From Gemmatimonadota bacterium (GTDB lineage Bacteria > Gemmatimonadota > Gemmatimonadetes > Palauibacterales > KS3-K002), in NCBI GenBank assembly GCA_039589995.1, contig JBDHGH010000003.1:16647-80646 (forward strand): a stretch of DNA of 64,000 nt, written 5' to 3'. Position numbers and translations under genes: made by a program. Every line of letters starts with the position of its first letter. Within the stretch, counting starts at the first letter, position 1. The notes beneath the pieces were generated by a model. That model was given only the letters and a program-made list of their open reading frames with translations, searched no databases and was not told the DNA's origin. Shown in pieces: positions 53,888 to 64,000 of the stretch.

Positions 53888-56302
53888 TCACCTCACGCTG
53901 GACCCTTCCACCACAGATCGAGAATCCGCACCACGCTGTAACACGGCCGCGGTCGCGTACGCCGCCGCAGCGGCGAACAGCAGTGTGTTCGAGCCCGACT
54001 CCAGCGCGATCAGAGCGGCCAACGGTGTCGCCACCACCGACGCGAAGCCGTTCGCAGCCCAGCCCCAGGCGACTCCCTCGATCTCCGCTCCGGCCAACGA
54101 CCGCAGGCCCAACGGGAACGGCGTGCCCATCAGGAAAGCCAGTGGCGCCAACAGCATCATCGCCACCGCGGCCCGCACCGTCAGTGGTGCGGGTTGCAGT
54201 AGATGGACCATCGAAAGCAATAGCACGCCGTAGAGAACGAGCAGGACCGCCAGGGCTGCCCCGACCTGCGATCCTCTTGCCGCGGTTAAGCGATCCGACC
54301 AGATACTCCCCAGACCGGAGCAGATGAGAAACGCAGCCAGCACCGCCGCCACCGCGTAGACCGGATGGCCGAGCAACAGGTTGAGTTGCTGGATGGCCGC
54401 GATCTCCGCTGCCAGGTAGGCGAAGCCGATGGCGGCGAAATAGCCGACCAGCCTGATCCAACTTCCGGCTGACGTCACACCGACACGAACCGCAGCCGGG
54501 GCCAGCATCAACAGAGCGGCGAGTACAATGCTCTGGGCAAGCGTGGCAAACAGCGCCACGTAGCCCCACTCGGCGAAGGCCAACCAACTGCCGCGGTCGC
54601 GGCCGACGAAGGCGCGTATCGATCCGGCGCGTAGGAAGTGATGCGGATAGGGCCGCGCGTCGTTGGCCGGCGAGACTTCGAACGCGTACTCGCTCGCGAA
54701 TTCTTCAGCACTCTCGCTTCCATCGATCGCTGCGGCTGAGGCCCTGAAGAAAACCGGCTCGTCGAGGATATTGTATCCATCGCCGGGGCCCTCGATGCCC
54801 GGATACCAGTCGAAGTCGAAGCGTCGCTCGGCTGCCCAGCCCATGAGAGCGTGCAGCTCGTCCGAGCGGAATCCCGAAGGTTTGATCAACACAGTGACCG
54901 TCGCCCAACTCCTCAGGACGACCAGCTTGTCGATCATGTTCTCGGGCGAGGTCCGCCTCAGCGCCTCGGCCGCGGTGAGTATGACGCGCACACTCTCTCG
55001 CGGTGGCGTCATCAGCCAGCGAGTGATCGCCAGCACACCGTCGTCGCTCAGCCGCTCTATATAGGACGTGTACGCCTCGACGGTGTGCATGAAATCTTCG
55101 TTCAGCGCGTGCACGCCCGCCGCACTAGATCCGAACGACAGCGCCGGCCCCAGGGTGATGAGATCGTAGCGCTCGTCCGACCGCGCGGTGAAGCCACGGA
55201 CATCACCGATTACCCACTCGACCTCAGCACCGTACCGTTCCGCCGGCGATGCGCTTCCCCACCCCGCCAATTCGACGACCTGCGGATTCAACTCCACAGC
55301 CGTCACTCTGGACGCCCCGTGCTCCAGCGCGTTCCAGACATCGATCCCACCACCCGCGCCCAGCACCAGGACTCGGTCGCGCCGGCCGGGAGCGTACGGC
55401 GCCGCCGTCGGAAGCCAGTCGATGATCTGCAACGCCGACGTGTCGCTCTCCCAATCACTCACCGCGCCAGCGATTTGCCCATCCACGAATAGGGCGGTCT
55501 GTCTGGGAAACGCACCTGTATAAGAGAGCGACAGACCGGGCGCGTGACGGAACGCCGATGCTTCCACCGCCACAACCCAGCCCAGCGGGCTCGTGCGCTC
55601 GGCCACGCGACGTGCGTCGGGGAACGCCTCGACCTGCGGTAGCCCCTTGTAAGGCGTAACCTCCAGCGTCCACAGCGGCCGCACCACAGTTGCGCAAGCT
55701 ACGATGAAGACCACCGTCGCCAGCCCTGCCAACATGTTGCGCCGTCTGGAGACTATGGTAGAACTGACAGCACCCAGCGACGCGATCACGGCGGGCACGG
55801 CCAGAGCGTTCTCGGGAAAGACCAGCCAAAGTACTCCGATGGCCAGCAGCGCACCGACTCCCGCGCCTACGAAGCTCGCCCCATAAATCCAGCCGACTCT
55901 TTCCGGCTGGAGCGTTAGGGCCAGCAGCGTTACCAGGCCGCCCACGAAGAACGGCACGGCCAGCAACAGATAGACCGCCCCCAGGCGCGGCCACTCTCCG
56001 AAGTTCCAGACCAGTTGCGTTGCGTCCAGACGAATCAGTTGAACCAGAGCCGTGCAGACGACGAGAGCGACGGGCGACATCAGTGCGGCGAACTCGAACC
56101 CGCGAGTCGCCGGCTCGGGGCCGGGCCGCGCCAGCGCCAGCGCGACGCCGCCCACGCCGAACCCCAGCATGGCTACGCCGATGGCCATGAATGCGAAGTG
56201 GTGGAATTGCTCGATGGCGAAGACGCGAACGAGAAGGATCTCGTACGAAAGCGTGGCAGCTGCAATCAGCGCGACGGCGAGCGGCCGCGAGAACCTGTCC
56301 AC
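53888..56302 (-). CDS. Polytopic membrane protein with a central spermidine-synthase-like SAM-binding domain
   Basis: TM blocks on both sides of VLVLGAGGGIDV...AVELNP; NDARPY; GTPFPLGL; WAANGFASV. Confidence 0.8.
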   Translation of the reverse strand: MDRFSRPLAVALIAAATLSYEILLVRVFAIEQFHHFAFMAIGVAMLGFGVGGVALALARPGPEPATRGFEFAALMSPVALVVCTALVQLIRLDATQLVWNFGEWPRLGAVYLLLAVPFFVGGLVTLLALTLQPERVGWIYGASFVGAGVGALLAIGVLWLVFPENALAVPAVIASLGAVSSTIVSRRRNMLAGLATVVFIVACATVVRPLWTLEVTPYKGLPQVEAFPDARRVAERTSPLGWVVAVEASAFRHAPGLSLSYTGAFPRQTALFVDGQIAGAVSDWESDTSALQIIDWLPTAAPYAPGRRDRVLVLGAGGGIDVWNALEHGASRVTAVELNPQVVELAGWGSASPAERYGAEVEWVIGDVRGFTARSDERYDLITLGPALSFGSSAAGVHALNEDFMHTVEAYTSYIERLSDDGVLAITRWLMTPPRESVRVILTAAEALRRTSPENMIDKLVVLRSWATVTVLIKPSGFRSDELHALMGWAAERRFDFDWYPGIEGPGDGYNILDEPVFFRASAAAIDGSESAEEFASEYAFEVSPANDARPYPHHFLRAGSIRAFVGRDRGSWLAFAEWGYVALFATLAQSIVLAALLMLAPAAVRVGVTSAGSWIRLVGYFAAIGFAYLAAEIAAIQQLNLLLGHPVYAVAAVLAAFLICSGLGSIWSDRLTAARGSQVGAALAVLLVLYGVLLLSMVHLLQPAPLTVRAAVAMMLLAPLAFLMGTPFPLGLRSLAGAEIEGVAWGWAANGFASVVATPLAALIALESGSNTLLFAAAAAYATAAVLQRGADSRSVVEGSSVR

Positions 56303-56306
56303 GCCG

Positions 56307-57011
56307 TCAGCGCAGACCTTCCAGCATCGGGACGAACCGCACCGGCAGCAAATTGCGCGTGCGCACCACCCCGTTCGGCTCCTTCGCCACCAGGATCAGG
56401 TTCTGCACGCCGTACACGCTGCCCACCGGGATGACCATTCGTCCGCCGGGCTTCAACTGCTCGACCAGCGCCGGCGGGATGTACCCGGCAGCCGCCGTCA
56501 CGATGACCGCATCGAACGGCGCCGCCTCGGGCCAACCGAAGTGCCCGTCGGCGTGCCGCCCGTTGACGTCGTAACCGAGTCGCTCGTGCACTTCTCCCGC
56601 GCGGTCCGCCAGCGCCTCGAAGATCTCGACCGTGTACACCTCGCAGCCGATCGCGGCGAGCACGGCAGCCTGGTATCCGGAGCCCGTGCCCACTTCCAGC
56701 ACTTTCATCCCGGGCCTGGACTCCAGAACCTCGGTCATGTACGCGACTATATAAGGTTGCGAGATCGTCTGGCCGTACCCGATGGGAAGCGGCCGGTCGC
56801 CGTAGGCATTGTCGCGGTGGCCCTCGGGCACGAACTCGTGGCGCGGCACCGCCGCCATGGCGGCCAGGGTGATCGAATCCTCGACGCCGTAGCGTTCGAT
56901 CAGGTGAACCATGTCCGAGCGGCGCTGAGCATGGCGGTCCTGCGCGACACAAGAGGTCGCAGATACTAACGTAAGAAGAGCGAGCAGCGAGCTGGTCCGG
57001 CGAGTTTTCAT
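56307..57011 (-). CDS. pcm: Protein-L-isoaspartate O-methyltransferase with a lipoprotein-like signal
   Basis: VPRHEFVP, GQTISQPY, VLEVGTGSGYQAA, APFDAVIVTAA, VRFVPM; N-terminus MKTRRTSSLLALLTLVSATSC. Confidence 0.92.
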   Translation of the reverse strand: MKTRRTSSLLALLTLVSATSCVAQDRHAQRRSDMVHLIERYGVEDSITLAAMAAVPRHEFVPEGHRDNAYGDRPLPIGYGQTISQPYIVAYMTEVLESRPGMKVLEVGTGSGYQAAVLAAIGCEVYTVEIFEALADRAGEVHERLGYDVNGRHADGHFGWPEAAPFDAVIVTAAAGYIPPALVEQLKPGGRMVIPVGSVYGVQNLILVAKEPNGVVRTRNLLPVRFVPMLEGLR

Positions 57012-57316
57012 ATAGAGCACGAAGTAGAGGTGTACCAACAACTTCCTACGCGTTGCTGCCGTGCGTCAAGCCTCGCGCTTATTGCCAGCCGAAAGCGCAC
57101 CTTGCATAATGTAGGCAGCCCAACACCTCGATGCGGTAGCCCTATGTCGAGCTTTCAGTACTCCATCCGGGAGACACATCGGCGGAGTCAGCGACGTCTC
57201 CGACCGGGCTGTGTCTATCCCTCGTGGTTCGCTAACGCGGCCACCCAAACTCTATCCGACGATCACCGTCTTTCCGCATCAGCCCCAACGCCCGCGATGC
57301 TGTAGCGAGGTTTCAT

Positions 57317-60271
57317 ATGGAGTTTCCCTTTGACCGGATCCTGGCTGCATTCGAAGGTCGTTACCTCATCGAGCGTGAACTTGGTAGCGGTGAATTGGGA
57401 ACGGCCTACCTCGCTCGAAACCCGAGACTGCACAAACCAGCGGTGCTCAACATCCTGCATTCCGAAATCGCAACGACGATAGACGCCGACGATTTCAACC
57501 AAGCGATCGCGCGTGCCGCTAGACTCAGTCACCCGAATATCACTTCGCTCCACGATTCTGGAGAAGCCGACGGTTTCCTCTACTACGTCACATCTTTCCT
57601 TGACGGCGAAACGCTACGAACGCGCCTGAAGAAAGAGCGACAACTGGCCATTGCAGATGCAATTGGGATTGCCCGGGACATAGCCAGTGCCTTGGACCAT
57701 TTTCACGACCGCGAGATCGTCCACTGCGACATCAAGCCCGAGAACATACTCCTTTCGGACGGCCATGCGGTCGTAGTCGATTTTGGGGTCAGGAGCGCAA
57801 TTTCACGAGCACAGGTAAAGACAACCGGCGACTCGACCCTGCCGACCGGAGCTCCGGCGTACATGAGTCCGGAGCAAGGAGCCGCGAGCAGCGAGGTCGA
57901 CACGACGAGCGATGTATACAGCCTCGGCTGTGTTTTCTATGAAATGCTGGCCGGTGAGCCGCCGTTCACTGGGCCGACCGCTGAGGTGATTCTCGCCAGG
58001 CATTCTCAGGACCCAGTGCCACCGTTGCGTACGGCCAGACCTTCAGTGCCGATGTCTGTGCAGCAAGCCACCGAGCGAGCGCTTGCCAAGCGGCCGGCCG
58101 AACGTTTTCGCACATGCCGGGAGTTCGTTGAGGCGCTGGAGGCAGAACACAGACTCAGGCGCAAGCGGGGACTGATCGGTAAGGCCATCGCCGCCACAGT
58201 CGTGACCGCCGTCATCGCAGGCTCCGCGATTATCCTGAATTCGCTGATGTCCAAAGACGCCGAAGGCCCCCAATCACTGGTTGTCTTACCCTTTTCCTAC
58301 AGCGGGGGCGAGGAGCACAGCTACTTGGGCGATGTGATGGTCGATCTCTTGAGCACGTCGCTTGACGGCGCGGCTCAGCTACACACCGTCGACCCGCGAG
58401 AAGTATTGAGCGAGGTTGCGCAGGAGGACGTGGCAGCGACCGACCGAGGAGAGTCGATCGCTCGACGCCTGAATGCCGACCGCTTCGTAATCGGTGAGAT
58501 CGTGGAGGCCGGCGGCCGGCTGCGAATCAATTCGCGACTCTACGGCGTTGGCGAAGAAGGCGCGCAATACGCACAGGCCGCCGTGGAGGGCCCGTCCGAT
58601 AGCCTGCACTATATGGTCGACGATTTGACCGTGCAGTTGCTGTTGGGCACTCATGGTGAGAGCGCTCGCCTAATCTCAGTGGCGGCGACGACGACAGAAT
58701 CGCTGGACGCCCTGAAAGCGTTCCTGGAGGGCGAACGACATTACCAATCCGGGGTGAATGGTCGCGGCGAAGCCTATTTCGCGTTTCAGAGGGCGGTCGA
58801 GGCCGATTCGACATTCGCCCTCGCATGGTATCGACTCTCGCAGCTAGCCTATTTCTCCGGCAGGGCTCTGGACCTAATCAGGCCGGCAGGGGAAAAGGCG
58901 GCCCAGTATGCCGATGGCCTTCCCGAACGCGAGCGACAGTTGTTGACAGCTTACGGTGCGTATGTGCGTAATGACCCGGCAGAGGCCGAGAGGATATATA
59001 GAGAGATCATCAGTTACTACCCGGATGATTTCGAGGCCTGGTTCGGGCTGATGTCTACCGCCACCGCCTTCGCGAGCGTAATGGGGCTTCCCGCGTCAAT
59101 CAGCCGGGAACCGATCGAGCGTGTGCTTTCCTACGATCCCGACAATACGATGGCTCTCTGGTCTCTCTGGCAACTCGAAGCGCTCGAACGCAACTGGGAT
59201 GGCGTGGACTCTGTGTTCGCCCGGGTCTTCGGCGATGATGAGCCTTATTTACTCTGGCGCGCCGTACCAATCTTCGGATCCCGGGATACGGCAGAGATAC
59301 GTGAGACCCTGGCTGCAGTCGAGAACTGGGACTCTGGCACTCTCGCAATCGCAAGCATGTGGGTGTCAAGATTCGGCCAAAACCCCGCTGGGGCTTTGGA
59401 ATTCTCCCGAATATTGGAGGATCGAACGGAATCTCGGGAATGGGCTGCGGCCAACCAATTGCTGAGCGCGGACTACGAACTCGCCCTAGGCCGAAGACGG
59501 GCGGCCGAGGAACGCTTCACCCAGCTGGCGCAAATTGTTCGCTCGTGGGCCATTGAGGACGCGGCCTACTGGTCCCTCGCGCCCCAATTCGATCTGAGGC
59601 GTGCCGAACTCGATGCCTTATACGACTCCATCCTGAGGTGGGACCCGGATGTCACCGGGCAAACCGTGGCCACCCGCTCTGCGCCGGGAATGTGGGCGAT
59701 GTTTGCCGCCCGTCATGACAACCTTCATACACATCTACGCCTCTACCTTCTGGGACGCTTGAGCGCTCGACTGGGTGAAGGCGAGGCCGCGATGAGCTAC
59801 GCGAACAAACTCGATTCCATCCCGACACCGGAAGCCGCAGGCTCACTGAACCGTTACCTAGCGCACTCGGTCCGTGCCCACTGGCTGGCCGAACAGGCGC
59901 TCTGGTCCCAAGCACTGACCGCCCTCGAAGTTGCGAGGACTGAAACCACTGGAGAGCCGGGATCGAGTTGGGTAGCCACAGCCCCGCAGGACAGGTACCT
60001 GAGAGGGTTTCTGTTGGAAAGGCTCGGGCGCGACGACGAGGCGCTGAGATGGTACGAGTCCCTTAACGCCTGGGACTCTACGGTCATGCTGGCGCCATCT
60101 CATCTGAGGCAAGCCGAGATCTACGAGCGCCTCGGAGACACCGAAAAGGCGGCGGAACATCACGCCCTCTTCATCGAGCTCTGGCAGGAGTGCGATCCAG
60201 AGCTGCATCCCATGCTCGAGAGCGCGCAAAACGCCTACGAGCGATTGACCCAAGCGCGGCTAGTGTTCTGA
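57317..60271 (+). CDS. Hanks-type Ser/Thr kinase-like protein (probable pseudokinase) with TM, TolB-N-like and TPR domains
   Basis: HCDIKPEN, DFG, YMSPEQ; VAIK lysine replaced (AVLN); TM helix; TPR-like C-terminus. Confidence 0.85.
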   Translation: MEFPFDRILAAFEGRYLIERELGSGELGTAYLARNPRLHKPAVLNILHSEIATTIDADDFNQAIARAARLSHPNITSLHDSGEADGFLYYVTSFLDGETLRTRLKKERQLAIADAIGIARDIASALDHFHDREIVHCDIKPENILLSDGHAVVVDFGVRSAISRAQVKTTGDSTLPTGAPAYMSPEQGAASSEVDTTSDVYSLGCVFYEMLAGEPPFTGPTAEVILARHSQDPVPPLRTARPSVPMSVQQATERALAKRPAERFRTCREFVEALEAEHRLRRKRGLIGKAIAATVVTAVIAGSAIILNSLMSKDAEGPQSLVVLPFSYSGGEEHSYLGDVMVDLLSTSLDGAAQLHTVDPREVLSEVAQEDVAATDRGESIARRLNADRFVIGEIVEAGGRLRINSRLYGVGEEGAQYAQAAVEGPSDSLHYMVDDLTVQLLLGTHGESARLISVAATTTESLDALKAFLEGERHYQSGVNGRGEAYFAFQRAVEADSTFALAWYRLSQLAYFSGRALDLIRPAGEKAAQYADGLPERERQLLTAYGAYVRNDPAEAERIYREIISYYPDDFEAWFGLMSTATAFASVMGLPASISREPIERVLSYDPDNTMALWSLWQLEALERNWDGVDSVFARVFGDDEPYLLWRAVPIFGSRDTAEIRETLAAVENWDSGTLAIASMWVSRFGQNPAGALEFSRILEDRTESREWAAANQLLSADYELALGRRRAAEERFTQLAQIVRSWAIEDAAYWSLAPQFDLRRAELDALYDSILRWDPDVTGQTVATRSAPGMWAMFAARHDNLHTHLRLYLLGRLSARLGEGEAAMSYANKLDSIPTPEAAGSLNRYLAHSVRAHWLAEQALWSQALTALEVARTETTGEPGSSWVATAPQDRYLRGFLLERLGRDDEALRWYESLNAWDSTVMLAPSHLRQAEIYERLGDTEKAAEHHALFIELWQECDPELHPMLESAQNAYERLTQARLVF

Positions 60272-63264
60272 TGAGCGACAGTTCACTCGATCGACTTCGG
60301 CTCGCCCTGGCCGGGCGTTACACCATCCTGCGCGAGTTGGGTCGTGGCGGCATGGCCACCGTATACCTTGCACAGGACCTGAACCACCAGCGCGCCGTCG
60401 CCCTGAAAGTGCTACACTCCGAATTCGCTACGGCAGTCAGAGCCGAGCGCTTCATCCGAGAGATCGAGATCGCCGCCCGACTGCACCATCCACACATCCT
60501 CTCGCTGTACGAGTCAGGCGAAGCCGGCGGTACGCTCTATTACGTAATGCCGAACGTCGAAGGAGAGACTCTACGCGAACGGCTCGCGCGAGAGCAGCGA
60601 CTGTTGGTGGCCGACGCGCTGAAGATCGCCCGCGACGTGGCTGGCGCTCTGAGCTACGCGCACGTCCGTGGGATCGTACACCGCGACATCAAGCCCGAGA
60701 ACATCTTCCTGTCCGACCGATATGCGTTGATCGCCGACTTCGGTATCGCGCGGGCCGTGACTGCAGCAGGAGGTAACACGCTCACCGAAACAGGCCTAGC
60801 GATCGGAACACCCGTGTATATGAGCCCCGAGCAAGGGGGAGGAAGCGGCAAAGTCGACGGTCGAAGTGACATCTACAGTCTCGGTTGTGTCGTGTATGAG
60901 ATGCTGGCCGGACAGCCGCCGTTTACAGGTCCCACGGCGCAGGTGATTCTGGCGCGGCACGCCCTGGACCCAGTTCCCCCACTGAGTACGGCTCGCCCGT
61001 CAGTGCCGGCCTCCGTGGTGGCGGCGACCGAACGCGCCCTCGCGAAGGTACCCGCCGACCGATTCAGCACGGCAGACGAATTCGCGAGAGCGCTGGAGAC
61101 AACCGCTGACGTGGCCGAGCTCAAGAACTCCAAGAGCGCCGCGGCCGGCAAGCGGCTGTTTGCTCGAAGTGTCGTCGCGATGCTCGTGGCAACCGTTCTG
61201 GTGGCCGTGGGTGTACGCTTCCTAGCGCCCTTGCTATCGTCAAGCGGAGAGGACTCGGCGGCTAACAACCGAATCATCGTACTTCCTTTCGCCTATCGTG
61301 GCAGTGCCGAGCACAGAGATCTCGGCGAAACCATGGTCAATCTGCTGAGCGCGACATTGGACGGCACGGACGACATGCACACCGTCGATCCACGAGATGT
61401 CCTAAGCGTTGCCCAGAACGATAACGAGGCAAATCCCGATCTGGGGCGAGCGATCGCGAAACGCTTCGATGCAGGACACTTCGTGGTAGGAGAGATCGTT
61501 GAGGCAGGTGGCCTGCTGCGAATCAACTCCAGGCTTTACGGTAGGATGGAGGATGGCGATGCATACGTGCAGGGCGCAGTCGAAGGTTCGGCAGACAGCT
61601 TGCACGGCCTCGTGGATGATCTCACTGCGCAGCTACTAGTAGGCAGCCTCGGTGCTGGCACGCGCCTGAGCATCGTCGCAGCCGCAACGACGGAATCGCT
61701 GGAAGCTCTAAAGGCCTATTTGGGCGGTGAGCGGCATTATCAATCTGGTGTCAGTGGCCGTGGCGCGGCGTTTGACGCGTTCCAGCGAACTGTAGAGATG
61801 GACTCCACGTTCGCGTTGGCATGGTATCGCCTATCCCAGCTTGCCTATTTCTCTAACAAGGCCCCGGAGTTGCACCGCCCGGCAGGCGAAACCGCCCTTC
61901 GGTACGCTGGTGAACTCCACGAGCGAGAGCAACATCTGCTGGCCGCGTACGTCGCATATCTCCGCGGCAACGCCGCTGTCGCCGACAGCCTCCACAGAGA
62001 GACCTTGCGGGGTTACCCTGAAGACCTCGAGGCCTGGTACGGTCTACTGCTAACGCTCGGCGAGTACGCCCACATCCTTGGCGTCGACGAGGCTACAGCT
62101 CGGCAACTTGCCATGCGCGTGCTGAGGTACGAACCCGAGTATCCAATGGGGCTGTGGCACATATGGACATTGGAAGCCACAGCGCGGGTCTCCGTTGGAA
62201 TCGACCAGATGCTGGAACGCATATTGGTCGAGCGACCACCCGGATGGCTTGAGCGCTCCGTGCATGCCTTTGGGTCGGGCGACCCGGCGGAAGAGAAGCT
62301 GATACTGACCGAGGCGAGAAGCGCGGACCCCGGCGATGTGCTGCTGGCCGGGTGGCGCGTGTTCTTGACGGCTCAGAAACCCAGCAGTGCCCTACAGTTC
62401 TCCCGAATCGTCGAGCAAGGCCCGGAGTCCTTACAGTGGGCAGCCCTTAACCATCTGTTGAGCGCATCATACGAGCTTGCGCGGGGGCAGAGACGCGCGG
62501 CACAAGAACGCTTTGACGAGCTCATGCTTCACAACTCAGCCTGGGCCCTCGAGGACGCGGCGTACTGGTCTCTCGCGCCCGCTTTCGAAGCGAGTCGGTC
62601 CGAACTCGAGGCCCGGCGTGATGCGCTCCTGAGATGGAACGCCGAGTCTGTGGCACCGGCGTTGGCTTCTGGATCATCCCTCGGACCGTGGTGGAGCTTC
62701 TTCTCCGCGCGGCATGACGGCCTTCACGGTCATCTTCGTCTGTACCTGTTGGGCCGTTTGTCCATCGAACTGGGCGAGACCAAAGCAGCATTGAGATATG
62801 CGGACGACCTAGAAGGCTTCGAGACGCCTGAGTTCGCTGGTTCGCTTAGCCTCGACCTAGCGCAATCCATTCGCGCACACGTTCTCGCCGAGGCAGGTCA
62901 GACAGCCGACGCGCTCCTCGCCTTGGAGGCCGCGCCGAGAAGGGTGCCCTGGGGTCAAAACCAGGTAAGCTGGTTTTCTACACAACCACAGGAGAGGTAC
63001 CTGAGAGCAGAGCTACTGGAGGAATTGGGACGATACGAGGATGCCCTTGGTTGGTATCAATCCCTCACCTACTGGTTTCACCCCATAATGGCGGGCCCGT
63101 CCTACCTGCGTCAGGCCAGAATCTACGCGCGCCTGGGGGATCGGGAGAAGGCAGTGGAGTACTATGGTCGTTTCATAAACCTCTGGGAGGGTTCAGACGC
63201 CGAGTTTCAGCACCGCGTCGAAACCGCACGACGATCGATCGAGGCGCTCACCAGAGACCGCTAG
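60271..63264 (+). CDS. Hanks-type Ser/Thr protein kinase with TM, TolB-N-like and TPR domains
   Basis: LGRGGMATVY, VALK, RFIREI, HRDIKPEN, DFG, GTPVYMSPEQ; ATG 60271 overlaps the upstream TGA. Confidence 0.92.
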   Translation: MSDSSLDRLRLALAGRYTILRELGRGGMATVYLAQDLNHQRAVALKVLHSEFATAVRAERFIREIEIAARLHHPHILSLYESGEAGGTLYYVMPNVEGETLRERLAREQRLLVADALKIARDVAGALSYAHVRGIVHRDIKPENIFLSDRYALIADFGIARAVTAAGGNTLTETGLAIGTPVYMSPEQGGGSGKVDGRSDIYSLGCVVYEMLAGQPPFTGPTAQVILARHALDPVPPLSTARPSVPASVVAATERALAKVPADRFSTADEFARALETTADVAELKNSKSAAAGKRLFARSVVAMLVATVLVAVGVRFLAPLLSSSGEDSAANNRIIVLPFAYRGSAEHRDLGETMVNLLSATLDGTDDMHTVDPRDVLSVAQNDNEANPDLGRAIAKRFDAGHFVVGEIVEAGGLLRINSRLYGRMEDGDAYVQGAVEGSADSLHGLVDDLTAQLLVGSLGAGTRLSIVAAATTESLEALKAYLGGERHYQSGVSGRGAAFDAFQRTVEMDSTFALAWYRLSQLAYFSNKAPELHRPAGETALRYAGELHEREQHLLAAYVAYLRGNAAVADSLHRETLRGYPEDLEAWYGLLLTLGEYAHILGVDEATARQLAMRVLRYEPEYPMGLWHIWTLEATARVSVGIDQMLERILVERPPGWLERSVHAFGSGDPAEEKLILTEARSADPGDVLLAGWRVFLTAQKPSSALQFSRIVEQGPESLQWAALNHLLSASYELARGQRRAAQERFDELMLHNSAWALEDAAYWSLAPAFEASRSELEARRDALLRWNAESVAPALASGSSLGPWWSFFSARHDGLHGHLRLYLLGRLSIELGETKAALRYADDLEGFETPEFAGSLSLDLAQSIRAHVLAEAGQTADALLALEAAPRRVPWGQNQVSWFSTQPQERYLRAELLEELGRYEDALGWYQSLTYWFHPIMAGPSYLRQARIYARLGDREKAVEYYGRFINLWEGSDAEFQHRVETARRSIEALTRDR

Positions 63265-63306
63265 TATCGCCAGAAGCCGTACCGCACTGACTGTAGTAGT
63301 GCTTAG

Positions 63307-64000
63307 CTAGCCTGCAGCCAGGAATCGGCGTGCATTCGGCCTATCTTCCTTGGTCTGCCGCAGCAGCGCCGCGTTCATCTCGCGGCGCGGCGAATCTGAC
63401 TGCAACTCCTCGTAGTACTCGCCGCGGTCGATGAGCTCGCCGATCAATACGCCGGCGACGATCGCGGGGAACCAGGCCTGGAAGTCGACCACCCAGAGTA
63501 TCGGGGGAATAACGAGCCCAAACAACGTGCGTGTAGCAGTCACGATGGGACGGACGGGACGACCAGCATCGATGAAGTCGAGCTTCCTCAATACATAAAG
63601 ACCAAGCTTGCCGAACCCGAATACACCGGCCAGCCAAGTGGTGCCGCTAAAGATTCCCGCGAGGAAGAACCCGGTCCAGACAACGCTGGCGCTGTGGCCG
63701 TACGCTGGCGTGGAGGGTTTCAAGACGCTGTAGACCTGGTCGGCACACACGAGACCGAGGAATCCGACCAGCGCCGCGACGGATCCCTGTAAAACTGCAG
63801 ACGGACCGGAGAACGCGTAAAGCGTAGCCAGCGCCAGGAAGGCGGGGATCGTCACCACTTCGCGACTCAGCCATGACCGCCTTAGGTTCAACATCGCCCG
63901 GTAGGCGCGCTCCAATCGTCCCAGGTGCAAAGTCGCCAACCCCATCGTCACGGCCGCCGCTCCAACGAACGCGAAGGGATTAATGGCCGACGCGTTCTTC
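63307..64000 (-). CDS. DmsC-like molybdoenzyme membrane anchor, 5' partial
   Basis: LHLGRLERAYRAMLNLRRSWLSREV and GELIDR..YY; the frame stays open to the window end. Confidence 0.75.
   Translation of the reverse strand, partial: KNASAINPFAFVGAAAVTMGLATLHLGRLERAYRAMLNLRRSWLSREVVTIPAFLALATLYAFSGPSAVLQGSVAALVGFLGLVCADQVYSVLKPSTPAYGHSASVVWTGFFLAGIFSGTTWLAGVFGFGKLGLYVLRKLDFIDAGRPVRPIVTATRTLFGLVIPPILWVVDFQAWFPAIVAGVLIGELIDRGEYYEELQSDSPRREMNAALLRQTKEDRPNARRFLAAG

Noticed and set aside
53888-56302. Calling this gene speE to complete the pdaD-speB pathway
   Set aside because: The catalytic Asp motif is absent and the gene is 30 kb from pdaD-speB.

Overview
GC-rich bacterial chromosomal DNA, most likely Gemmatimonadota (inferred from protein styles, not from a marker gene). 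About 50 tightly packed genes. I found no rRNA, tRNA, CRISPR array, transposase or prophage. Left to right: (1) a peptidoglycan-recycling operon, murQ-anmK-nagZ-SSS transporter-amidase, in which murQ has an internal deletion/frameshift and a C-terminal DinB-like fusion; (2) an alginate-export-type porin divergent from a respiratory operon encoding a Rieske protein, cytochrome b, an octaheme HAO-like cytochrome, NapA and a tetraheme NapB-like lipoprotein. This is the best candidate for an undescribed system: a Rieske/cytochrome b complex wired to nitrate/nitrite ammonification without NapC, NapGH or NrfA in the cluster; (3) housekeeping and redox genes, including pdaD-speB bracketed by two ~128-bp palindromic elements; (4) an apbE-porin-FMN-binding-cytochrome b-like operon behind a Fur-like box, probably flavinylation-linked iron acquisition; (5) tandem M1 peptidases, gdh and pcm; (6) a translationally coupled pseudokinase/kinase-TPR pair, then a partial DmsC-like anchor gene. 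All product calls come from motif recognition by eye, with no database searches.
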